DNA of 10,390 bases from positions 1-10,390 of the forward strand of contig CAXULY010000083.1 in NCBI GenBank assembly GCA_964252075.1. The letters are read 5' to 3'. Positions 1 to 7,046 of the stretch are shown here, piece by piece. The notes under the pieces were generated by a model, which was not told the DNA's origin, made no database searches, and saw nothing but the letters and a program-made list of their open reading frames with translations. Positions within the stretch are counted from its first letter, which is position 1. Each line of letters opens with the position of its first letter. The stretch comes from an uncultured Deinococcaceae bacterium (GTDB lineage: Bacteria > Deinococcota > Deinococci > Deinococcales > Deinococcaceae). Both the position numbers and the translations under genes were made by a program.

Positions 1-1
1 C

Positions 2-61
2 GCGGGCGCGGACAGCATCGACTACTTTGGCAACCTGGTGAACGAACAGTTGGGGTGGTGA
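2..61 (+). CDS. 3' end of an upstream CDS entering the window (...AGADSIDYFGNLVNEQLGW*), product unknown
   Basis: Open frame from position 2 with GC-rich third codon positions and TGA at 59-61. It stops 6 nt before the ATG at 68, an operon-like spacing. Confidence 0.7.
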   Translation, partial: AGADSIDYFGNLVNEQLGW

Positions 62-67
62 GGCGCC

Positions 68-424
68 ATGCTGAATGACACCCGCAAAGGCATCGCCCTG
101 ATTGCGGCGTCCCTGGTGAATCACCAACTCTACATTGAAGTGGGCGACACCGATGGCCTCACGCGCTTCACGGGCCGCGTCGGGCAGGAAGTGAACGTGT
201 ACGATGCGGCGCGCAGCCGCAACATCTCGGGCTTCCTCAAGGGTGGCGCGTACACCCTGTATGATTTCGGCACCGGCACCCGCCTGTCCCTGACGGTGCG
301 CGACTTGAGCTTCCACGGCGTGGATGAACGCAGCGGCGAGGACTTCCACGGCACCGTGAACGGCGCACACGTGGAGCTCTTCGATGAAGAGGTGCAGCGA
401 CCGTTCGCGTATCACGTCCGCTGA
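68..424 (+). CDS. Hypothetical 118-aa protein: N-terminal helix followed by ~20-aa beta-hairpin-like repeats
   Basis: ATG with GAGG just upstream, strong GC3 bias and normal amino-acid composition. Asp recurs at residues 46, 66, 86 and 106. A strong hairpin follows the stop. Confidence 0.85.
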   Translation: MLNDTRKGIALIAASLVNHQLYIEVGDTDGLTRFTGRVGQEVNVYDAARSRNISGFLKGGAYTLYDFGTGTRLSLTVRDLSFHGVDERSGEDFHGTVNGAHVELFDEEVQRPFAYHVR

Positions 425-427
425 CAC

Positions 428-467
428 CCCCACCCTGAACATGGGTAGCTCCGTGTTCAGGGTGGGG
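428..467 (+). terminator. Strong stem-loop just after the 68-424 CDS (terminator or 3' stabiliser, no U-tract)
   Basis: Perfect 14-bp inverted repeat CCCCACCCTGAACA (428-441) / TGTTCAGGGTGGGG (454-467), extendable inward with G-U pairs. It begins 3 nt after the stop codon. Confidence 0.7.
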
Positions 468-1512
468 AACACGGCGTTCGTGCCGCCACTGGGACGGTCC
501 CACAGCGGATGTTCGGCGGGGGCAGTCAAATTGGGCCACCGCCAGGCATGACGGTCAAATTCCGAAACCGCGCACTCCGTGGGGCGCGCAGGGATGTGAA
601 CGTGAACGCGTGAACCCAGACCGCACCTGCCCCGCAGCGTCGTCAGGCCGATGCTCACCTGCCTGGGGCGTACGTCGGACCTCTGCACGTTGGACCGCGT
701 CACCTGCCTGAGCGCTCATTACGCGGTGCACGACCGCCTCAACCGGGCCTCATCGGTGGCGGCGTGCGTCGTGCCGCGCCATCGCGCTGCGCGAGCCGCT
801 CCATGGTCGGCCCCCTGTATGGGCGTGCGACTGGCCCTGTCGTTCCTGCCGGTGGTGCGGCTCTGGACCCACGCGGAGCCTTCGCCAAGCGCCTCAACGC
901 CTGTGTTCACTTGGCTGCGCACGCTCAATCACAGAGCCGCTGTCGTGCTGGTCTGATCGCCGAGCGTTCGCTGCCCTCGCCTTCCTCAGGTTGCCGCACA
1001 CAGCTCGCACGGTGGTGCTGGCCCCTATCTTGAGGGAGCGCTGGTGGGCGACACCGGACTCCGGGGCTGTCCACGGCCGCGCTGGTCTGGTTGGGGGCGG
1101 CGGGCCTCAGCGCCACAGTGGGATCCACCATGGACGCCACCAAAGCCTCGCAGGACCAGTCTGGATTGTTCGGCTTTCTTGCGGTACGGCACCTTGGGCG
1201 GTGTGACCGCCACATGCGTGATGCGCTTCGGTCTGCAGGGACCGACCACACCCGCTCGCGGTTGACTGGCGGCGCGTGAGGGTGAAGGACATCCCGAATG
1301 TCTCAGGGGGCCACGGTAAGGCTGGAGCGCTGGAACGCCCCGCGGCTCGCTTGGGCACCATGTGGCTGGGCCGAAGGCATGCGGCAGCGCCCGTGAAGCG
1401 GGGTGGGGGCGCTGCGCCCTGCAGCTCGCGTCCACGACCAGGGCACTTCACCGGCCCAGCGCGGCGTGCGGTCTGGGCGCGCTGCACGCCGCGACACTGG
1501 CCCTGCCTGAAT

Positions 1513-1827
1513 TCACCCTTCCGGGGTGTCGATGGGCGTGACCTCGTCGTCCGGTCCGAGCAGCTGCACGGTCGCCCCCTGCGCCTGAATGCGGTGCACG
1601 AGGATGTCCATCTGAAGTTCGTTGCGGCTGAGGCGGTCCCCGTCCCCCACCACCAGCGTGTCCCCATCGTCCAATGTCCGAATGGCGCGGTGCAGCACCG
1701 GGCGGTCGAGGTGATCGCCGCTGCCCGTCTCGATGAACAGGCACGCGCAGCCCAGCGCAATCAGACGTGTGGCTTGCGTGTAGGGCGCCTCAATGAGGTG
1801 CCGGGAGCGGACGTAGCCCATCAGCAT
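1513..1827 (-). CDS. Serine recombinase (resolvase/invertase) catalytic-domain-only protein, 104 aa, truncated or degenerate
   Basis: Resolvase-like motifs in order: MLMGYVR, GCxxLFxExGSG, DRPxL, GDTLVV, DRLSR, then G-x-x-V-x-L-L and IDT. It stops at IDTPEG, before helix E and the HTH. Good SD AAAGGTGA at 1841-1834. Confidence 0.75.
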   Translation of the reverse strand: MLMGYVRSRHLIEAPYTQATRLIALGCACLFIETGSGDHLDRPVLHRAIRTLDDGDTLVVGDGDRLSRNELQMDILVHRIQAQGATVQLLGPDDEVTPIDTPEG

Positions 1828-2845
1828 GCATGATCACCTTTGGTGGGGGCGGCAGCATGGCGACGCGCCGCGGGGGTGCTTGCCGTCCGGGCGGCAGCGT
1901 CTTCGCTGGTTGGGTCAACGGGCGGTCTGGTAACCGCGCACGGCCTCAGGCCATCCGGGGAGCAGACGCTTTGATCGTCGGGGGGTCGTTTCTGTGCGGT
2001 CGTGGGCCTCCCGTTCCCCACCCCGTTGCGCCTGTCGGCCGGGTGGTCCACCAGCTGGATGGCCTCATCAGCGGTTTTTGGGTACGCGTGGGTGCCGTGG
2101 TTGATGGGGCTGAAGTCACTCAAGTACAGCGGGCCTTGCTGCAGGACCTGCCTGCGGGCCGCCGCCTGGTCGCCTTGGCGTGGCCACAGCGCGGTGCGCC
2201 ACAAGGCGACGGGTTGCCGGGGGTTCGCGCGCATGGCGGTGTCCATCCCTGACTGTAGGCCATTCCGGACGCCGACACTGTTCCAGGTGGCCCTCGTGGG
2301 CGCAGGGCGCTGGTGAGCGGCCAATTGCTCGTCCGGTGTCGCAGCCCGGGCCTCCCGTCAGCCCAATCGGCATTGGGGCCGGTGCAGCCTCGTGCGTGTG
2401 GCCACCGCGGCCCAGTGCGATCAGGACGTCCGTGCTGCGCCAGGGACGTTTCATGCAGGTCCGCTGAGCCAGGCGGGCCAGCGCGCGAAGACGTGCGCGC
2501 CCAACTGGGATTCATTGCCGCGCCACCACGCCATGTTGGCCACGCATCAAGCCGAGTGGGCCATCGCCGGGTCGTCCGGGTCGGGGGCACACGGCGCGCA
2601 GGAACCGACGGCCACGCCACCAGCCACCGCGCTCCGCCTGTTCCATGTCGTCACGCCTGCTCGCCAGGGGCCACGCTCGGGCGGCCCATCGCACCAGCGG
2701 CACCAATCCGTCATTCCAGGACCGGACCCGAGTCCGGTCGGTCAGACCCTCAACGCTCGGCCTTCACGCGACACGAACGTCGAGGCCCGCCAGCGCGAGG
2801 CGAGACGGGATGCTCGGTTGGCCGCCCACGGGCGCGGTGCGTGCG

Positions 2846-3937
2846 TTACAGGTAGGGAGCGAGTTCCGCGTGGGTTTTGAGGTGTTGAACGAGTTGCTTG
2901 ATGTCCTGCGTGCGGTCTTTTCGGGCAACGAGCGTCACTTCCGGCGTTCGCACCACCACGATGTCCTCCAGCCCGATGGTGGCGATCAGGTCGGCGCCAT
3001 TGGTGGTGTACAGGATCGCTCCACCGGTGTCGATGCTGACGTGGCGGCCCACGGACACGTTCCCGCCGTCGCTGCGCAGCAGGCGCTCCAGGGCGTTCCA
3101 GTCCCCCAGGTCGTCCCAGCCGAACTCCGCGGGCATCACGACGACGTTTGTGGCTTTCTCCATGATGGCGTAGTCCACACTGATTTTCTTGAGGGTGGGG
3201 TACGCGCGGTGCAGGCCGCCGCGCTGCGCGCTGGCCGTGGTCATGGTGCGGTACAGGTCGGGCTCGTGTGTTGCGTAGGCGGCGAGGATCGCTTGCACGC
3301 TGAAGATGAACATGCCGCTGTTCCAGCTGAAGCGTCCCGTTTTCAGGAACGCTTCGGCGGTGGGGAGGTCCGGCTTCTCGGTGAAGTGCGCGACCTCGTA
3401 GGCCGGCCAGGCGCCGCCGGTGGGCCTGACGCGTCCCCGCTCGATGTACCCGTACGCGATGGACGGGTAGGTGGGGGTGATGCCGAGCGTGATGAGCACG
3501 TCCGCCTGCCCGGCGAGCGTGATGGCGTCATGCACGATGGCGGCGAAGACTTCAGGTTGATCGACGCGGTGGTCCGAGTGGAAGATGCCCATGATGGCCT
3601 GCGGCGCTGTGCGCGCGATGACGAGCGCGGCGTGCAGGACGGCGGCCGCGGTGTCGCGCGCGACCGGCTCGACCAGCAGGTTCTCGGTGGGGAGGTCGGG
3701 CAGGTGCTCAAGCACCAGCAGCCGGTGGTCGGTTCCCGTGACGACCAGGACGTCGTCAAGCCGCACGCCATCCAGGGTGGTGAGGCGCTCGGCGGTCCGT
3801 TGCAGCAGGCTGAGGCCACTGTCGTCCAGCGTGAGGAACTGCTTGGGTTTCCCTTTGCGGGACAAGGGCCAGAAGCGCTCGCCGCTCCCGCCGGCCAGGA
3901 TCACCGGGTAGAACGGCCGGGCGGCGTCGGCCGTCAT
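2846..3937 (-). CDS. manC: Mannose-1-phosphate guanylyltransferase (GDP-mannose pyrophosphorylase), monofunctional, 363 aa
   Basis: Motifs [74 protein letters not shown] and GWDDLGDW, then a short beta-helix tail. There is no C-terminal cupin (PMI) domain. Start placed at ATG 3937 with GAGG upstream. Confidence 0.95.
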   Translation of the reverse strand: MTADAARPFYPVILAGGSGERFWPLSRKGKPKQFLTLDDSGLSLLQRTAERLTTLDGVRLDDVLVVTGTDHRLLVLEHLPDLPTENLLVEPVARDTAAAVLHAALVIARTAPQAIMGIFHSDHRVDQPEVFAAIVHDAITLAGQADVLITLGITPTYPSIAYGYIERGRVRPTGGAWPAYEVAHFTEKPDLPTAEAFLKTGRFSWNSGMFIFSVQAILAAYATHEPDLYRTMTTASAQRGGLHRAYPTLKKISVDYAIMEKATNVVVMPAEFGWDDLGDWNALERLLRSDGGNVSVGRHVSIDTGGAILYTTNGADLIATIGLEDIVVVRTPEVTLVARKDRTQDIKQLVQHLKTHAELAPYL

Positions 3938-4254
3938 CGCTGGGCCTCGCTCGTGTGGCGCGCTGCGCGGTCGGTGAGGGTCGCACTGCCCAGTGGGTGC
4001 GGGGCGGCGCCCCAACGCGAAGGGGCGTCCCACCGGAAGTGCGCCTTCAGGCCTTCTGGGCGGGGGCCGCGCTGGACCTGCGGGGTGTTTTGGGCCGCAA
4101 CGAAATCACGCGGCGCGCTGGGGGCGACCGGCGCGTTCAGGTGGTGGCGCGCCAGGCGGACGCCCAGCCGTGCCGGCACCTCGGGTTGAGGCGCGCCGCC
4201 CGCCGGGGCGGCGCGCAGACCGTCACGTTCAGCGGGATGGACGGTGACGGTCAT
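3934..4254 (-). CDS. Hypothetical 106-aa Ala/Pro/Arg-rich protein ([12 protein letters not shown]...SEAQR) directly upstream of manC
   Basis: Mostly G/C-ending codons, and its TGA overlaps the manC ATG (ATGA). No recognisable domain and no SD of its own. Confidence 0.4.
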   Translation of the reverse strand: MTVTVHPAERDGLRAAPAGGAPQPEVPARLGVRLARHHLNAPVAPSAPRDFVAAQNTPQVQRGPRPEGLKAHFRWDAPSRWGAAPHPLGSATLTDRAARHTSEAQR

Positions 4255-4367
4255 GGTGCGCGCCGCACGTCGGCGATGCTGGCGCCTTGTGGGTGGCCAT
4301 GAGTGGCATGCGTGCCCCCGGCGGTCACCGCGTGACCGCCGCCCGGACCCCATGTGATGTGCGTCAA
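4251..4367 (-). CDS. Putative 38-aa His/Gly/Thr-rich small protein ([38 protein letters not shown]), not in the ORF track
   Basis: TTG start at 4367 with SD AAAGGAG (4378-4372) and a 4-nt spacer. Its TGA (4253-4251) overlaps the ATG at 4254. Confidence 0.35.
   Translation of the reverse strand: MTHITWGPGGGHAVTAGGTHATHGHPQGASIADVRRAP
4319..4341. repeat. Perfect inverted repeat, 10-bp arms with a 3-nt spacer (operator-like or RNA hairpin)
   Basis: CGGCGGTCAC-cgc-GTGACCGCCG, read directly from the sequence in the manC/GT divergent region. Confidence 0.55.
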
Positions 4368-4368
4368 T
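4353..4368. promoter_or_regulatory. Candidate CRP/FNR-family binding site
   Basis: TGTGA-tgtgcg-TCAAT matches CRP TGTGA-N6-TCACA at 8/10. The inner GTGAT-N4-GTCAA matches FNR TTGAT-N4-ATCAA at 8/10. It lies in a locally AT-richer patch of the divergent region. Confidence 0.3.
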
Positions 4369-4784
4369 GTGCTCCTTTCCCCGGTCCAGCCGGGGTCGGT
4401 GGGGCGCCAGGCGCCGCAGGGTCAAGATCATTCATGAAGCGCCCTGCGCGCCCCGGCGGGTCGTATGGCGTAGGCCCGCGCCCTCCGCTCCAGGTGGGAC
4501 CGGGGGGCGCGGGAAGGTGTTCGGCGAACACCGGCCGGAGCCTCTCTCTTTACCCTGGGCGCCCCTCATGAAAAGGCGGTGCGGGTTGAGCACGCCTGGA
4601 CTTCGCCGATGCCCCGCGCCGCCCGACGCGCTTCCAGCTGCGCCGCCCTTGGGCGCCCTCCTATCTGCTTCCCATCCGGCCGTGCGACAGTACCTCAGCG
4701 CACGCGAACTGTTCAGCTTGCTCCATGATGGCCGACATGCATCGGCGCGACCGCCGCCCATCGGGGCGTGCGGCAGGGAGCGAC

Positions 4785-7046
4785 ATGAATTCATTCGTCC
4801 CACCGACCGAAGCCCACGGCGCACCACTGCTGCGGCACCTCGTCATCATCGGGAATTACACGCCCCGTCAGTGCGGCATCGCGACATTCACGGCGGACCT
4901 CACGGCGGCGGTGCCCGCCGAGCGCGTCAGTGTCGTGGCGATGAACGACGGCCGGTCGTACGCGTATCCGCCGGAGGTGGTGCGCAGCATCGAGCAGGAG
5001 GACCTGGATGCGTACGTCATGGGGGCCGCCTTCATCAACGCGCTGGAGCCGCAGGTGGTTTCGGTGCAGCACGAGTACGGCATTTACGGCGGGGCGGCTG
5101 GCGCGTACCTGCTGACGCTGCTGCGCGCCCTCGACGCGCCCATCGTCACGACCCTCCACACGGTGCTGGAGGACCCCACAGACGATCAACGGACCGTGCT
5201 GGATGAGCTGTGCGTCTTGTCCGCCGCCGTCGTCGTGATGAGTGAGCGGGCGCGCAGCATCCTGTTGCGCCTGGGCGTCCCAGCCGAGCACATCCGCGTC
5301 ATTCACCACGGCATTCCCCGCATTGACTTCACGCCTGCCGTGGAGAAACGCCAGCTCGGCTGGGGTGGGCGTCCCGTCCTGTTGACGTTCGGCCTGCTCG
5401 GCCCCGGCAAGGGGCTGGAGGGCGCCATTCAGGCGTTGCCGGTCGTGCTGGCCGCGCACCCGGACGCGCTGTACGTGATCGTGGGCGCCACGCATCCCCA
5501 CGTGCTGCGCCAGCAGGGCGAAGCGTACCGGGCGTCCCTGTGGGCGCTCGCTGAGGCGCTGGGGGTGCAGCACCACCTGCGCATGGAGAACCGCTTCGTG
5601 TCCGCGGAGGAGTTGCAGCGCCGCCTGGCGGCCGCCGACGTGTACCTCACGCCCTACCCGAACGTCGCGCAGATCACCTCCGGCACCCTGGCGTACGCCC
5701 TCGGCAACGGCAAGGCGACGGTCAGCACGCCGTACTGGTACGCGGAGGAGCTGCTCGCGGATGGTCGCGGGGTCCTGACGCCGTTCGGCGATCCACGCGC
5801 GATGGGGCGCGCCCTCTCGGAGCTGCTCAGTGACGACGACGGACGGGCCCGCATGGGCGCGCGCGCCGCGGCGTTCGGGCGCTCCATGCTGTGGCCGGCG
5901 GTGGGAGAAGCGTACCGGGCGCTCCTGAGTCACCCCCCCACACGCCAGGCCGCGCCCGCCTGGCGACCGGACGCCGTTCCGGCGGTGCAGCTGGCGCACC
6001 TGGACGCCATGACGGATTCCACGGGCCTCCTCCAGCACGCCACCGGCGTGATCCCCAACCCGCACGAAGGGTACACCACCGACGACAACGCCCGCCTGCT
6101 CGGCCTCATGGCGCGCCTCGCGCGCAGCGCCCCACGGGACCGACTCCTCAGGCGGTCCTTGGGCTTCCTGCATTTCGCGCTGGATCCCGATCGCGGGGTC
6201 TTCCGGAATTTCCTCGGCTACGACCGGCAATGGCTGGAGGACGTGGGCGCGGAGAACACGCAGGCGCGCGCGGTGCGCGCCCTGGTGGGCGTTGCCGCGG
6301 GCCGCGATGGGGACCTCGCCGCCGCCGCCGCCGAACTGCTCGGCCGCGCGGCGCGCGCGGCGGTTGGCCTGCGCGCGCCGCGCGCGCAGGCCATTGCGCT
6401 GCTGGCCGCCGCGGACCTCACCGCGTCCCCACTGCTGAGCGAGGCGCTTCAGCCCCTCCTGGTGGCCGCCGCCGGTTACGCCACCAACCTGCTGGCGCTG
6501 CGGCGGCGGGCCCAGCGCCCCGGTTGGGATTGGTTTGAACCGTACCTGAGTTACGCCAACGCCGAACTGCCGCACGCGTTGATCGCCTGGGGCGCCGCGA
6601 CCGGGGACGACGCGGCGCTGGACGCGGGCCTGGAGACCCTGGAGTGGCTGCACGGGCAGCAGCTCGGCCCGCAGCGCCGCCCGACGTTCTGGCCGATCGG
6701 CAGTGACCGCGTGTACTGGCGCGGCGCGGCGCGGCCCTTGTGGGCGGGCCAGCCGATCGAGGCGGCGGTGTCCGCCGCCGCGTACGCCGCCGCGTGGCGC
6801 ATGACGCGGCGGTCCGCCTGGGCCGCGCGGACCGACCAGGCGCTCGCGTGGCTGCTCGGAGCGAACGCCCGCGGCGAGGCCCTTCTGGATGGGGTGGGCG
6901 GCGGGTGCCGTGACGGCCTGCAGCGCGACGGACCCAGCCTGAACCAGGGCGCGGAATCCACGATCCTGGCCTGGGAGGCGGTGCTGGACGCCCAGGCGCT
7001 CCACCGCGCCCAGGGGCGCACGCCCCTGGCGCGCGCCGCACCGTGA
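4785..7046 (+). CDS. GT4 glycosyltransferase (mannosyltransferase-like subfamily) fused to a C-terminal helical, six-hairpin-glycosidase-like domain, 753 aa
   Basis: N-terminal GT-B motifs IGNYTPRQCGIATFT, QHEYGIYGG, TTLHTV, IHHGIP, TFGLLGPGKGLE, QITSGTLAYA and STPYWYAEELL. The C-terminal ~350 aa carry HLDAMTDSTGLLQHA, GYTTDDNAR, FRNF, WFEPYLSYANA, QPIEA and NQGAEST. ATG 4785 has a GGGAG SD. Confidence 0.92.
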   Translation: MNSFVPPTEAHGAPLLRHLVIIGNYTPRQCGIATFTADLTAAVPAERVSVVAMNDGRSYAYPPEVVRSIEQEDLDAYVMGAAFINALEPQVVSVQHEYGIYGGAAGAYLLTLLRALDAPIVTTLHTVLEDPTDDQRTVLDELCVLSAAVVVMSERARSILLRLGVPAEHIRVIHHGIPRIDFTPAVEKRQLGWGGRPVLLTFGLLGPGKGLEGAIQALPVVLAAHPDALYVIVGATHPHVLRQQGEAYRASLWALAEALGVQHHLRMENRFVSAEELQRRLAAADVYLTPYPNVAQITSGTLAYALGNGKATVSTPYWYAEELLADGRGVLTPFGDPRAMGRALSELLSDDDGRARMGARAAAFGRSMLWPAVGEAYRALLSHPPTRQAAPAWRPDAVPAVQLAHLDAMTDSTGLLQHATGVIPNPHEGYTTDDNARLLGLMARLARSAPRDRLLRRSLGFLHFALDPDRGVFRNFLGYDRQWLEDVGAENTQARAVRALVGVAAGRDGDLAAAAAELLGRAARAAVGLRAPRAQAIALLAAADLTASPLLSEALQPLLVAAAGYATNLLALRRRAQRPGWDWFEPYLSYANAELPHALIAWGAATGDDAALDAGLETLEWLHGQQLGPQRRPTFWPIGSDRVYWRGAARPLWAGQPIEAAVSAAAYAAAWRMTRRSAWAARTDQALAWLLGANARGEALLDGVGGGCRDGLQRDGPSLNQGAESTILAWEAVLDAQALHRAQGRTPLARAAP

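Noticed and set aside
463..710. Possible cobalamin riboswitch (GGGAA, GCCACTG, CTGCCCCGCA and ACCTGCC words are present)
   Set aside because: The elements are in the wrong order and spacing, there is no GGGAAGG partner for GCCACTG, and no B12-related gene follows. An Rfam/Infernal scan would settle it.
651..1500. Several overlapping ORFs of 60-220 aa on both strands, including a THVA...NPDWS patch faintly like a subtilase C-terminus
   Set aside because: Arg/Pro/Ala/Trp-rich shadow composition, no consistent codon bias and no GTSMA motif. At most an unidentifiable remnant.
1821..2324. 167-aa minus-strand ORF overlapping the start of the resolvase-like gene, and its plus-strand counterpart 1830-2252
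   Set aside because: Only the central part (about 2020-2246) looks coding-like. There is no recognisable domain or clear start, so it may be a pseudogene fragment but cannot be supported as a feature.
3938..4033. 32-aa N-terminal extension of manC in the ORF track
   Set aside because: Family similarity begins just after Met at 3937, which has its own GAGG SD. The extension is Pro/Arg-rich.
2645..4189. 514-aa plus-strand ORF
   Set aside because: Antisense shadow of manC, caused by GC3 bias.
4725..4784. Upstream ATG starts for the GT4 fusion
   Set aside because: ATG 4785 has a GGGAG SD at suitable spacing and the upstream ATGs do not.
6310..6390. GCC/GCG-rich low-complexity run
   Set aside because: It encodes the Ala/Arg-rich helices of the fusion protein and is not an independent repeat element.
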